64,000 nt of DNA from Nitrospirales bacterium (GCA_963422365.1 OY729426.1:256001-320000); one strand, 5' to 3'; counted from the first letter of the stretch, positions 30,032 through 40,805 are shown. Made by a program: numbers and translations. Notes: a model not told the origin generated them from the sequence alone.

Positions 30032-32467
30032 ATGGCACGATCACCAACGCGCACTCCAACCAAGGGCAAGACCGCCCGAGCACACATCACCACAGTGCCG
30101 CTCGATCAAACCGCGCGCCAGCGGTACCTGAACTACGCGCTGTCCGTCATTACCGCACGCGCCTTACCCGACGTGCGGGACGGCCTGAAACCGGTGCAGC
30201 GGAGAATTCTGTTTTCCATGTTTCACAACCACCGATTATCGCCTGACCGGCCACCCATTAAAAGCGCAAAAGTCGTGGGGTCGGTGATTGGTGAATGGCA
30301 TCCCCACGGCGATTCCGCGGTCTATGACGCCATGGCTCGCATGGCACAATGGTGGTCCCTTCGTGCCCCCCTGGTCGATGGCCATGGCAACTTCGGCAGT
30401 CTGGACGGCGATCCCCCTGCGGCCTACCGGTACACCGAAGCCAAACTCACCCCGGTCGCCATCGAGCTTCTGAACGAACTGAACAAAGACACCGTTGACT
30501 TCCAGGCCAATTATGACGGCAAGGATAAAGAGCCACTGGTTCTGCCCGCTCCGTTTCCCCATCTGTTGGTCAATGGTTCCACCGGCATTGCCGTCGGCAT
30601 GGCGACCAACATTCCGCCACACAATCTTGAGGAAGTCATCAACGGAGCCGTGGCCTTGGTCGATGACCGAACCTGCACGATCTCCGATCTCATGAAGGTG
30701 ATTAAAGGTCCTGATTTTCCCACGGGCGGGGAAATTCTGAACACCCGGACCGAGCTTCGTGAGATCTATGAAACCGGCCAGGGGTTGGTTCGCTTGCGCG
30801 GGGAGTTCACCGTTGTCCCCCACTCGCATGGCCAATCCCAAATCATCATTACCTCGATACCCTTTGCCGTGGACAAAGCCACGATTGTCGAACGCATCGG
30901 CGAACTCATCGCCACCAAAAAAGTGCCGCAGTTGGTTGATATCCGCGACGAATCCACGACCGACGTCCAAATCGTGTTGGAGCTTCAGAAGGATGCCGAT
31001 GCCCATCTGGCCATGGCCTATCTGTTTAAAAACACCCCGCTCCAAAATAATTTTTCCGTCAATCTGACGTGTTTGATTCCAACCTCACGCGCCACCACGG
31101 CACGACCTCGCTGCTTACCCCTGAAAGCAATCCTTGAACAATTCATCGACTTTCGCTTTGAAACGGTCACGCGCCGGTTCTCCTATGATCTGAGAATACT
31201 CGAACAACGCATCCATACCCTTTCGGGTTTTCAAATCATTTTTGACGCGTTGGACGACGTGCTCACGATCATTCGTCAAAGTGAAGGCAAAGCGGACTCC
31301 GCCGAAAAGCTGAAACGCGGTTTCCGACTCGACGACGCCCAAACCAACGCACTCCTGGAAACGCCGATCTATAGACTGTCCCGGACCGAAATCAAAAAAA
31401 TGCTGGAAGAGCTTGTCGACAAAAAAACCCAAGCCCAGGAACTCAAGACCCTCCTCGCCTCGAAGACGAAATTATGGAATGCCGTCAAACAAGAGCTCCA
31501 AGACCTTGCCAAGACGTCTGGCGACAAACGACGGACCAAAGTCGGGTGTCGCCAGAGCGACGAAGTCGAATTCGACCCTGAGGCCTACATCGTCAAAGAA
31601 GATGCCGTGATCACCATTTCAACGGATGGGTGGATCCGCCGCGTCGGGATGGTCAAAGATCTGTCGAAAACGCGGCTCCGGGAAGGCGACAACCTTCTGA
31701 CCGCCTTAATCGGAAGCACCGTGGACACCATGGTGTGCTTTTCGAATTTCGGCAGCGCGTACACCATCCGCATTGGTGATCTTCGCCCTGCTCGGAGTGG
31801 CTATGGAGATCCCGCACAAAAATTGTTTAAATTTCAAGACGGGGAACGCCTCATCGCAGCCCTCAGTTCGGACCCCAGATTGCATTCCTCGCCATCTGAC
31901 CCTCGACAACCCATGGCACCGGAGCTCCCGCTCTTCGACGGACCAACGGCAGGAGGAGCCGATCCCGTTTCCTCTCAACAAGGGATCGCCGTCTCATCAG
32001 CCGGCATGGGCGTGCGCTTTGACTTAGCCACTTTCAAGGAGCCCTCGACTCGACTCGGTCGAAAATTCATGAAACTCCGGAATCATGAAGAGGTCGTCAG
32101 CATCGAAGCCCTGGACCTCTCCGCCGCAACACCCATCCTCGCGATCGCCTCTCAACAAGGACGCGTTCTGCTGTGCAAAGCCGAAGAAGTGGGCAGGCTC
32201 TCCGGTCCGGGACGAGGTGTGACGGTCATCAAACTCGACGGCACGGATCGAGTCGTGGCTGGACGCATTTTGTCCCGACAACAAGACCAATTGGTCGTCT
32301 TGAAACAAGAGGGCGGCAAATTCCCTATTTCAATGAGGAAGTATCAACCCGGCAGCCGAGGTGGGAAAGGCCACGTCTTGTTTAAACGCGGGACCCTGAA
32401 AGGGGCTCAAACATTACCCGTCGAACTGCCGGTCCTCGATTCGGAGAATCACAAAAACGGCAATTGA
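30032..32467 (+). CDS. parC: type IIA topoisomerase subunit A (topoisomerase IV/ParC-like)
   Basis: RALPDVRDGLKPVQRR, HPHGD, AAYRYTEA, GIAVGMATNIPPHN. No GyrA-box at the start of the C-terminal domain. Confidence 0.8.
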   Translation: MARSPTRTPTKGKTARAHITTVPLDQTARQRYLNYALSVITARALPDVRDGLKPVQRRILFSMFHNHRLSPDRPPIKSAKVVGSVIGEWHPHGDSAVYDAMARMAQWWSLRAPLVDGHGNFGSLDGDPPAAYRYTEAKLTPVAIELLNELNKDTVDFQANYDGKDKEPLVLPAPFPHLLVNGSTGIAVGMATNIPPHNLEEVINGAVALVDDRTCTISDLMKVIKGPDFPTGGEILNTRTELREIYETGQGLVRLRGEFTVVPHSHGQSQIIITSIPFAVDKATIVERIGELIATKKVPQLVDIRDESTTDVQIVLELQKDADAHLAMAYLFKNTPLQNNFSVNLTCLIPTSRATTARPRCLPLKAILEQFIDFRFETVTRRFSYDLRILEQRIHTLSGFQIIFDALDDVLTIIRQSEGKADSAEKLKRGFRLDDAQTNALLETPIYRLSRTEIKKMLEELVDKKTQAQELKTLLASKTKLWNAVKQELQDLAKTSGDKRRTKVGCRQSDEVEFDPEAYIVKEDAVITISTDGWIRRVGMVKDLSKTRLREGDNLLTALIGSTVDTMVCFSNFGSAYTIRIGDLRPARSGYGDPAQKLFKFQDGERLIAALSSDPRLHSSPSDPRQPMAPELPLFDGPTAGGADPVSSQQGIAVSSAGMGVRFDLATFKEPSTRLGRKFMKLRNHEEVVSIEALDLSAATPILAIASQQGRVLLCKAEEVGRLSGPGRGVTVIKLDGTDRVVAGRILSRQQDQLVVLKQEGGKFPISMRKYQPGSRGGKGHVLFKRGTLKGAQTLPVELPVLDSENHKNGN

Positions 32468-32513
32468 AACTTGCCAGCTTGTCAACCACCATAGAGTCGC
32501 GACAACAGCGACA

Positions 32514-32805
32514 ATGAAGACTCATGCGACGAGTGCCGTTGGCATTAAAGAATCTTCTTGCCCATTACCTGCAACGAACCAAGCAAAGAGAAAAAGTCAT
32601 CGTCACGGAACGCGGCAAACCGGCTGCTCTCCTCCAACCCCTCAAAACTGCCCACCACGCCGCCTCGATCGACGCTCGCTTGTCTCGACTGGCCACCCTA
32701 GGCCTCAACCCTTCCCACTCGACAAACCCGTCAAAAGCCGAAACCGATAAAATTTTCCGGGCCGCCCGTTTCGAAAGTCGTTCTCGACGATCGACATTGA
32801 TGTAG
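32514..32805 (+). pseudogene. Phd/YefM antitoxin, frameshifted
   Basis: AVGIKE, shift, LKNLLAHYLQR...VIVTERGKPAALL. Confidence 0.7.
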
Positions 32806-32901
32806 GTTAGATTCGCGCAGCGTAATCCAACAATTCCGTGAGACTTGTTGTCATACTAACCGAAGCAGGCTGTCGGGTTACGCTCCGTTAACCCGACCTA
32901 C
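32802..32901. repeat. inverted REP doublet (REPIN-like)
   Basis: GTAGGTTAGATT..GCGTAATCCAACA paired with TGTCGGGTTACGC..TTAACCCGACCTAC. Confidence 0.65.
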
Positions 32902-33045
32902 CGTCTAATTCGTTGACCATTCCCGCCGTCTCCTTCCCCCTTTGCAGGTGTTATGTTCCGCATACTGATGGAGGAGTTGATGGGAGGACTGGTATTTGTC
33001 CGAGACAGCCGTAGCCGACGCGGTGGCCTAGTCGCGTCAAACGGA

Positions 33046-33555
33046 ATGAGCCCTCTGCGAGTTGTCATCGACACTCACGTGCTGCTTTCGTCGCTCCTGT
33101 TTCATGCAGGCACTCTCTCCTAGCTACCGCACGGCAGGGCAGGCCGCCGCGTCTGTCCACTGGTGAGCCGAGAGACGATGGACGAGTTGCTTCGAGCACT
33201 GGACGATCCGAAGTTCGACCTAAACGGCGGCGAGCGGGAGGACCTGCTGGCGGATTATCTGCCTTGGTGCGAAACCGTCACCGGATCGAAGCCAGCCAAG
33301 AGTCCGCTGTGCCGCGACCCATTCGATCTCCTCTTCCTCGAACTTGCCCTTGCGGGCCGGGCCGACGCCTTGCTGAACGGCGACAAAGACTTGTTTGCCA
33401 TGGCGCACGCCTTTCCCGTTCCGATTCTCACCCCGCGCGCGTTCCGTAACGCGACGGCCCTCTTCCGGACAACAGGGCAACCCGTAGAGAGAACCGATGC
33501 CGTTTCTGCATTGACCGACTTTCAAAAGGATTCATCGGACGGCCTGCCCCATTGA
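33046..33555 (+). pseudogene. PIN-domain toxin with in-frame TAG at 33121
   Basis: RVVIDTHVLLSSL, CRDPFD..FLELA, GDKDL. Confidence 0.8.
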
Positions 33556-33619
33556 ATGAGTTGCAATGATGGTGCATATTGAGAACTAAATAGATTCTAT
33601 TGCTATCCTGAATAGGTTC

Positions 33620-33884
33620 TCATTCGAGATAAAAAAGTATTTCTGGTACAGAGACGCATAACGAATGGCTGAAAGCCCGAGTCGCTAGTCGGCAATATCA
33701 CTCTGAAAGTGAAGTCATCAGCGATCTTATCCGTGACCGGCAAAACCGCGATGCCGGAATCGAAACCATTCGCCTTGCCCTGATCGAAAACGAGAAAAGC
33801 GGTATCGGCAACCCAACACCGGAAGGCGTCAGAACGGCGGTGCAAGAGCGATGACGGAAAAGTGGATCGCTACCAATTCAATGA
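33620..33884 (+). pseudogene. ParD-type ribbon-helix-helix antitoxin remnant
   Basis: Manual translation KSISGTETHNEWLKARVASRQYHSESEVISDLIRDRQ...IRLALIENEKSG; start lost and internal TGA. Confidence 0.65.
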
Positions 33885-34212
33885 TCACCCCTTGCCGATT
33901 CCGGTCGCCTCTGCCAATACGGAATCCTGCCATCAAAATAACCTGATGTTGACAACAAGCGGGGAAGAGGCTAGGGCAAAGCTACAGGGTGATTACGAGA
34001 CCAAACGTAGATACAGCCAAGAAAGATGGGATTTCTTTGCAATTTGCAGAACGCATAAGGGCATCAATCGGTCAACAAAGTGATCTCTCCGGGGCAATTG
34101 GAATCGGACCAAACAGCGGTGCCACTACCGGAGCCTACACCGCAGAAGAAGCCGAACAGTGGATTGCCGAATACGAAAAAGCCATGGCAGAAGTGCCTAG
34201 GAGGGATAACTG

Positions 34213-35215
34213 ATGCCCACCTCCGCTGGCTCACCCGAGACGAAGATCTCCGCGCTGCTGCCCATGTACCGTATCAGCTTCTGGAGGAAGCGCCTGACCT
34301 ATCAGGTGCCGACCAGACGCCGGTAACCTGCTGATTCAGGGCGATACTCTGGAGGTGCTCAAGGCGTTGCTGCCGTTCTACGCCGAAGAGTGAAGTGCAT
34401 TGATATTGATCCACCCTATAACATAACACGCGCTCGGATTTGGAAAAAGAGCTACGGGGGTGGGGCTAACGCCAAGTGGTTTGTGGCCTTCACGAAGAAG
34501 TCCTGTGTTCCACAAAAGACACAAGCAAAGTCCCTGAGATGTTTTTGCCTCCCGATCCCGATGTCGTGAGAAAGGATGACAGGTCTCAGGATGAACAATT
34601 TACAGAGAGAGGGTTGTCTCATTGACAGCCATGGGCAACAACGAGCATGGATGACCGTCCCACTTTGAGAGACCCGATTCTGCGTGAGAAGAGGGAAGAG
34701 ATGTGGCCGGAAAAGCAGTGGCAGTGGTCAAATGCACGTTTCTATCAGGCTCTGCCGGATAGGGGATTGGTGATTTCCAGAAGAAAGGGGCGACGGGTCG
34801 TCTCTGACAAGCCAGACCTCAAAGATGAGAGGGGAGAGGAAAGAAAACGCAAACCGCAGACCATCATTGAAGGGCATTCTCCGCAACACGGAACGTACCA
34901 GAGGATGGAGGGGGTTGGATTGCCGGACAAGGTCGCTTTTCCCAAGCCTGAAGGTCTTGTTGAATATGTCTTTGAGGCGGCCACCAGCCCCGGCGACCTC
35001 GTCCTCGACTCCGGCACCACGGCGGCGGTGGCGCACAAGATGGGGCGTCGCTATATCGGCGTCGAAATGGGCAAACACGCCGGGACGCAATGCGTCCCGC
35101 GTCGGCAAAAAATCAGTGACGGCGAACAAGGCGGCATTTTCAAGTCTGCCGGCTGGCCCGGTGGCGGCTTCCGGTTCTATCACCTCGGTCCCACCGTGTT
35201 TGACGAGCAAGCCCG
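34213..35215 (+). pseudogene. mod: type III R-M Mod methyltransferase remnant
   Basis: NLLIQGD, KALLPFY, DPPYN, PKPE, LVLD-SGTTAAVAHKMGRRYIGVE, GGGFRFY; many indels. Confidence 0.8.
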
Positions 35216-35783
35216 CATCGCCGGGCCGCAGGCAGCCTACGAGGCAATGACCAACAAACCGGATCAGGCCGGGCGGATCGGACATGATGCCGTGGCGTAT
35301 GCGCCACTGACCGAATTGCCGGATGTCCCCTCTGTCTGCCTGCACCTGCCCACGGGCGGCGGCAAGACGCTTCTGGCCGCGCACACGATCGAGGTCGCCC
35401 GTGATACCTGGATCGAGAAAGAACATCCGATGGTCCTCCGGCTCGTTCCGTCGAATACCATCCGGCTCCGGACTGTCGAGACGCTCAAGAGAATGCCGGC
35501 CACCCGTACCGGCAAGGCGCTCCATGAAGCCTTTGACTGCCGCGTGCGGGTGTTTGACGTCGCTGACTTCACGCCCCTCTGCCCGCACGACCTGCGTGAT
35601 CATTGCTGCGTCGTGGTCGGACCATCCGGACATTGCGCGTGTCGAATACCGAGGGCCGCAAGGTGTATGCTCACATCGAAGATCTGGAACCGCATTTTTC
35701 AACCCTGCCGAACACCACGACAGGGCTGGAAATACTGGACAACGGCATCGGGAGCAGCGGCAAAGATTGAAGGAATAGCGTAG
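35216..35783 (+). pseudogene. res: type III R-M Res helicase N-terminal remnant
   Basis: VCLHLPTGGGKT Walker A and LVPSNTIR; truncated. Confidence 0.75.
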
Positions 35784-37724
35784 ATGACCACACAATACGA
35801 CGCGAGCGAGATTGTTGTTTTAGAAGGGATCGACCCGGTTCGTCGGAGACCGGCGATGTATATTGGCGGGACGGACAAGACCGGGCTGCATCATCTTGTG
35901 TGGGAAATCGTGGATAACGCCATTGACGAAGTCATCAATGGGTATGCCACGACGATCACGGTTGAACTCGATAAGACGGGGGGCGGCATCCGCATCACCG
36001 ATAACGGACGCGGCATTCCGGTCGATCAGCATAAGAAATACAAAAAGTCGGCACTTGAAATTATCATGACCACGCTCCATGCCGGCGGAAAATTCGAAAC
36101 CGGCAGCTACATTCACTCAGGCGGATTGCACGGGGTCGGGGCATCGGTAGTCAATGCCTTATCCGATCATTTGGAAGTCACCGTCAAACGGCATGGGCAT
36201 GAATGGCACCAATGTTATCAGGCCGGCCGACCCCTGGGACCCGTCAAAAAAGGAGACACGGCACGAGGCACGGGAACATCGGTATATTTTCGTCCGGATC
36301 CGATTATTTTTGGAAAGCATACGACCTTCGACTCCACCCTGTTGAAAGACACCATCGAGGCGAAATCCTATCTTCACAAAGGACTCAAAATCTCCTTTAA
36401 AGGTGGACCTACGCAGCAAACGCTCCATTTTGTCCATGAACAGGGCATTGAAGAATACCTCACCAAGCTCGTGAAAGACCGTGGACACAAACCCACTGCC
36501 GACTTCGTGTTTTATTTGAAACGAAGCTTACATGGCCAAGACCCCCTCGCGACAAATGACGAAGGGTTTGCCATGGAAGTCGCCCTTCAATGGACGGATG
36601 AACCAGCGGAATTTGTCCGCAGTTACGTGAACGGCGTGGCCACATCGAGTGGCGGCACCCATGAATTAGGATTGCGAAACGGCATCGTCAAAGCCGTGCG
36701 TCATTATATGGAGACGCACACCCTTGCTCCGAAAGGGCTCAACATCCAAGCAGAAGATATCCGCGAAGGGGTAGCCTGCGTCCTGAGCGTGCTTATCCTG
36801 AACCCTCAATTTCAAGGGCAGACCAAAGAACGGCTCAATAATCCTGAAGTGCAAGGGCTCGTGGACAACGGACTTCGACCGTCTCTGGAAAACTTTTTGC
36901 ACGAAAATAAAACCATTGCCGAAACCCTGGCCGGCCGCATGATCTTGGCGGCGCGCGCACGAGAAGCGTCTCGTGACGCGTCGAAGGCCGTCATCCGAAA
37001 ATCAGCCGTGAGTCATCGCCTGAATCTGCCGGGCAAACTGGCGGACTGCCAAAGTACGAACCCTGAGATCAGTGAGCTGTTTGTGGTGGAGGGCGATTCC
37101 GCCGGAGGGACCGCCAAGCAAGGTCGCGATTTGAAAACTCAAGCGATCTTCCCTATCCGGGGCAAGGTGCTGAACACCGAGGAACTCACCCTCGGCAAGG
37201 TGGTGGAGAATAAAGAGTTGGCGGATCTGGTCAAGGTCCTTGGCTGTGGGATTGGGCAGAATTTTGATCTCAAGAAGTTGCGGTACCACAAAATTATTCT
37301 GCTCATGGACGCAGACATTGACGGCTACCATATCAGCACGTTGCTGCTGACCTTCTTTTTCCGGCATGTATCGGAATTGATCAGACAGGGGCACATCTAT
37401 CTTGCCCAACCGCCGTTATACCGCATCAATTTCGGCAAGGCCGTCCATTGGGCAGGGTCGGATGAAGAGAAAGAACAAATTCTGGCTGAAGCCCGAGGCA
37501 AGACGACGCCGGTCATCAGCCGGTTCAAAGGTCTCGGCGAAATGTTTCCCCAACAACTCAAAGAAACGACGCTCGATTCTGCTACACGCCAACTCCTCAG
37601 AGTCGAACTTCAAGATGAACTCGACACCGACCGCACCTTCCACGACCTGATGGGCAAACGTACAGACGCTCGGTATCAGTTTTTGATGGCGAATGCTACG
37701 CTCGCCGACAATGTAGACGTGTAG
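35784..37724 (+). CDS. parE: type IIA topoisomerase subunit B (ParE-like)
   Basis: VRRRPAMYIG, EIVDNAIDE, GGLHGVG, EGDSAGG, PIRGK, DADIDG, RFKGLGEM. Confidence 0.8.
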   Translation: MTTQYDASEIVVLEGIDPVRRRPAMYIGGTDKTGLHHLVWEIVDNAIDEVINGYATTITVELDKTGGGIRITDNGRGIPVDQHKKYKKSALEIIMTTLHAGGKFETGSYIHSGGLHGVGASVVNALSDHLEVTVKRHGHEWHQCYQAGRPLGPVKKGDTARGTGTSVYFRPDPIIFGKHTTFDSTLLKDTIEAKSYLHKGLKISFKGGPTQQTLHFVHEQGIEEYLTKLVKDRGHKPTADFVFYLKRSLHGQDPLATNDEGFAMEVALQWTDEPAEFVRSYVNGVATSSGGTHELGLRNGIVKAVRHYMETHTLAPKGLNIQAEDIREGVACVLSVLILNPQFQGQTKERLNNPEVQGLVDNGLRPSLENFLHENKTIAETLAGRMILAARAREASRDASKAVIRKSAVSHRLNLPGKLADCQSTNPEISELFVVEGDSAGGTAKQGRDLKTQAIFPIRGKVLNTEELTLGKVVENKELADLVKVLGCGIGQNFDLKKLRYHKIILLMDADIDGYHISTLLLTFFFRHVSELIRQGHIYLAQPPLYRINFGKAVHWAGSDEEKEQILAEARGKTTPVISRFKGLGEMFPQQLKETTLDSATRQLLRVELQDELDTDRTFHDLMGKRTDARYQFLMANATLADNVDV

Positions 37725-37849
37725 CAGGGCGGGCTGCATGAGGCATGTCCCGGGTCGTAACCCGGATGCCTCCCCTACGGAACCTCTCTTTGCAGGGCGG
37801 GATCTCTTCCCGCCTCCCTCTTGGCCGCATGAAATGCGGCCCTACAAAT
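37721..37849. repeat. GTAG/CTAC-type REP-like repeats (two units)
   Basis: GATGCCTCCCCTACGG and ATGCGGCCCTACAAAT are shared with 9797-9889 and 16857-16914. Confidence 0.6.
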
Positions 37850-37909
37850 GCAGAGAGACGATTTCCATGCTTTGTCTGAAGGCGTGAGAAACAGTAGAAT
37901 CCACATCAG

Positions 37910-39631
37910 ATGAACCCCCTCGAACTCGTGAAACAGTACCATGAGCAAACAAAGCATGACTTCAACCGATATGCCCGCGCCCTCGGGTATATGGACTGGG
38001 CCAACCAGCCTGACCCCTTTCGGCGATATGACGGCGCTTTGCTCTACACCTTACCACTGCTCACGGCCGACGAGGCTCCCGTTGCACCTTCTTATGAATC
38101 GCTCTTTTCAGCACAACCGGTTCCTCCTGAACCCTTAAGCCTGAAGAGTCTTTCCCGATTTTTTGAATACAGCCTCTCCCTCACGGCGTGGAAAGAATAC
38201 GGGGGAAATCGCTGGGCGTTACGCAGCAATCCTTCCAGCGGCAATTTGCATCCCACGGAAGGCTATTTGGTGATCAAAGAAATAGCCGATCTTCCGCTGA
38301 AGCCTGGGCTCTATCACTATGCACCCAAAGAACATGGTCTGGAATACCGACGGCATGGGTCAAACACGTTCATTGAGGCACTCCTCCGACCTTTTCCCCC
38401 GCAATCCTTTTTCGTCGGGCTGAGTTCGATCCATTGGCGGGAAGCGTGGAAGTATGGGGAACGCGCCTTTCGCTACTGCCAGCATGACATTGGCCATGCG
38501 CTTGGAACGCTTCGGATTGCGGGCGCAGCCCTCGGTTGGCGAGTCCTTCTTCTCGCCGGGCTCGATGACCCAACGGTTGGCGCCCTTCTCGGCTTGCATC
38601 GGTTGCATGAATTTGAACCCACCGAACCAGAATGCCCTGAACTGATGTGTGTCGTCTATCCTACGCACGACTCCCCGCTGGAATCCCTGCCGATCGTCAT
38701 TGATCCGGACGCTCTCGAGAATTGGGGACAAGGAAGCTGGCAAGGCAACGCAAATCGGTTGAGTCGGGACAACCCCGTTCCCTGGGAAATTCTTGATAAG
38801 GTGACCAAGGCCTCATGGAAAACCTCGACGGAACAGTCGGTGTTTCGAATGGCCGCCTTCCCTGCGACTCTCCCGGAACAGGGCGGAGAGGAGCCGACCA
38901 CGATCTCTGCGCACCAAATCATTCATCAACGACGAAGTGCCGTGGCGTTTGACGGAAAAACATCGATTTCCGCACAACAGTTTTTCACGATGCTAGGGCG
39001 TGTCATGCCTCACCCGGATCGACCGGTCGCACAACGGCCCATGCCGTGGGATTTACTAGCATGGGATCCCACCATCCACCTGGCCCTTTTCGTGCATCGA
39101 GTCGAGGGGCTCCTGCCCGGAATGTACCTGCTCCTGCGAAATGCCGACCCGGCACTCAAAGCAACCTTTCAACAGTCCATGCATCAGCAATTTGTCTGGA
39201 CCGTTCCCGAGAATTGTCCAAGATCACTTCCGTTGTATTTGTTGGAAGACGGGAATGCCCAACGCATTGCCATACAGGTCAGTTGTCATCAGGAGGTCGC
39301 GGGCGCCAGTGCGTTTTCGTTGGGGATGATTGCGGAGTTCGAGTCGTCGTTGGAGAAACATGGACCGTGGTTTTACAAACGCTTGTTTTGGGAGACCGGA
39401 CTCATCGGTCAGGTGCTGTACCTCGAGGCGGAAGTGGCCGGTGTCCGTGCAACCGGTATCGGATGTTTTTTCGATGATCCCGTACATCGCGTGCTTGGGT
39501 GGTATCCCGACACACAATTTCAATCCCTGTATCACTTCACCGTCGGTGGAGCCGTAGAGGATCATCGCCTTACCACCCTGCCTCCCTATGGCGAACGTGG
39601 AAGGGGCCGGAAGCATGGGGAGCGCCGCTAA
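37910..39631 (+). CDS. SagB/ThcOx-type tandem nitroreductase-domain protein
   Basis: YHEQTKH, LRSNPSSGNLHPTE, WKYGERAFRY, RRSA, GIGCFFDD. Confidence 0.88.
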   Translation: MNPLELVKQYHEQTKHDFNRYARALGYMDWANQPDPFRRYDGALLYTLPLLTADEAPVAPSYESLFSAQPVPPEPLSLKSLSRFFEYSLSLTAWKEYGGNRWALRSNPSSGNLHPTEGYLVIKEIADLPLKPGLYHYAPKEHGLEYRRHGSNTFIEALLRPFPPQSFFVGLSSIHWREAWKYGERAFRYCQHDIGHALGTLRIAGAALGWRVLLLAGLDDPTVGALLGLHRLHEFEPTEPECPELMCVVYPTHDSPLESLPIVIDPDALENWGQGSWQGNANRLSRDNPVPWEILDKVTKASWKTSTEQSVFRMAAFPATLPEQGGEEPTTISAHQIIHQRRSAVAFDGKTSISAQQFFTMLGRVMPHPDRPVAQRPMPWDLLAWDPTIHLALFVHRVEGLLPGMYLLLRNADPALKATFQQSMHQQFVWTVPENCPRSLPLYLLEDGNAQRIAIQVSCHQEVAGASAFSLGMIAEFESSLEKHGPWFYKRLFWETGLIGQVLYLEAEVAGVRATGIGCFFDDPVHRVLGWYPDTQFQSLYHFTVGGAVEDHRLTTLPPYGERGRGRKHGERR

Positions 39632-39645
39632 ACACTGCGCGGGAT

Positions 39646-39675
39646 TATCAATGTTCACTCATTCGTTGACAGAAT
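39646..39675. mobile_element. solo copy of the IS481-like terminal inverted repeat
   Basis: 27/30 identical to the reverse complement of 5438-5467. Confidence 0.7.
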
Positions 39676-39709
39676 AAGAGGCTGTCCGTCTTCTTCTCTC
39701 GTAGCGACA

Positions 39710-39736
39710 CCTGCCCCCGATCAGACCGGGGGCAGG
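39710..39736. repeat. CCTGCC-terminated hairpin element
   Basis: CCTGCCCCCG-N7-CGGGGGCAGG perfect 10-bp stem. Confidence 0.55.
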
Positions 39737-39973
39737 CTTATGTCGCTTTCTTTTGGTTTCATGAGACGACGCGACTTCAAATCACAAAAGAAAACGGCAT
39801 CAGTCACCGAACGCGTACACTCCCTTGCAGTCTCCCTATTGAATAGGATAGGGTATCTCTCCATCGAATACGGCGTCGGCTCATTGCCTCTACGACGAAC
39901 GGAGGATGGTCGAATGCAGACTCCACAGACAAGGCAACGACGCCGAGAATCACCCACTATCAAGGAGGACACC

Positions 39974-40063
39974 ATGAATCCACTCGACTCGATCCCTGGA
40001 ACGATAACCGCAGGATTCGTGCTGACTGTCGTTCTGTATTTTGTGGTGAAAATGCTTGTCTAG
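39974..40063 (+). CDS. 29-aa single-TM small protein
   Basis: Strong RBS AAGGAGG before ATG; MNPLDSIPGTITAGFVLTVVLYFVVKMLV. Confidence 0.7.
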   Translation: MNPLDSIPGTITAGFVLTVVLYFVVKMLV

Positions 40064-40118
40064 ACTGTCTTGAACATTTCTCACTTACCTGCAATCAAAA
40101 AAAAAGAGGATACAACCA

Positions 40119-40601
40119 ATGGAAACCTTATTAGCCTGGGGACATTTTCTGGCGGGTATCACCTGGATCGGCATTTTGTATTACTTTAATTTCATTCAAG
40201 TTCCCTTTCTGGGAAAGGTCACCCCGGAAACCAAGGCGGAGGCCTTTAAACATTTAGTCCCGAATGCGCTCTGGTGGTTCCGTTGGGGTGCCTTGGCCAC
40301 TTGGCTGTTTGGTGCCGGGCTCCTGATGAACCAAGGCAGGTTCGGTTCGGCATTTGCCCTGCAGGGACAAGATGCCGTTATTGGGATGGGGGCTTGGCTT
40401 GGAACCATTATGCTCTTGAATGTCTGGGGCATTATTTGGCCCAATCAGAAAAAGGTGCTGGGCCTGAAAAAAGCCACGAGTGATGAAAAGAAACAGTCTG
40501 CCCGCATGGCCCTCCTGGCTTCACGGACCAACACGATGCTTTCAATTCCCATGTTGTTCTTCATGGCATCATCCGGTCACGCCTCTCCCGGTCTGTTTTA
40601 A
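40119..40601 (+). CDS. PuuD/urate oxidase N-terminal-like membrane protein (no cytochrome c domain)
   Basis: H..AGITWIGILYYFNF, ALWWFRWGA, NVWGIIWPNQKK, SRTNTMLSIP. Confidence 0.8.
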   Translation: METLLAWGHFLAGITWIGILYYFNFIQVPFLGKVTPETKAEAFKHLVPNALWWFRWGALATWLFGAGLLMNQGRFGSAFALQGQDAVIGMGAWLGTIMLLNVWGIIWPNQKKVLGLKKATSDEKKQSARMALLASRTNTMLSIPMLFFMASSGHASPGLF

Positions 40602-40805
40602 GTGGATTGATCGGGGGAAGCGCCCGAAGGTTGCCGGCTCTTTCCCCTTGAATCGCCTGACTCAGAGCAAGGAAATCCCGTCAACTTTTCAGGTCGTCCA
40701 TCATCAAGTGGCCTTTTATGGATACCGTCAAGGAGGTCGGTCATTAGGCCGCACCACCTCTTCGAAATTGCACGCTTTCACAGATCAACAGAAAAGGAGG
40801 ATGAT

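Noticed and set aside
33989..34213. 74-aa ORF coupled to the mod remnant
   Set aside because: Likely the tail of a lost gene; no family recognised.
37910..39631. SagB-like gene as marker of an azole RiPP cluster
   Set aside because: No YcaO or Cys/Ser/Thr-rich precursor nearby; stand-alone tandem nitroreductases are common.
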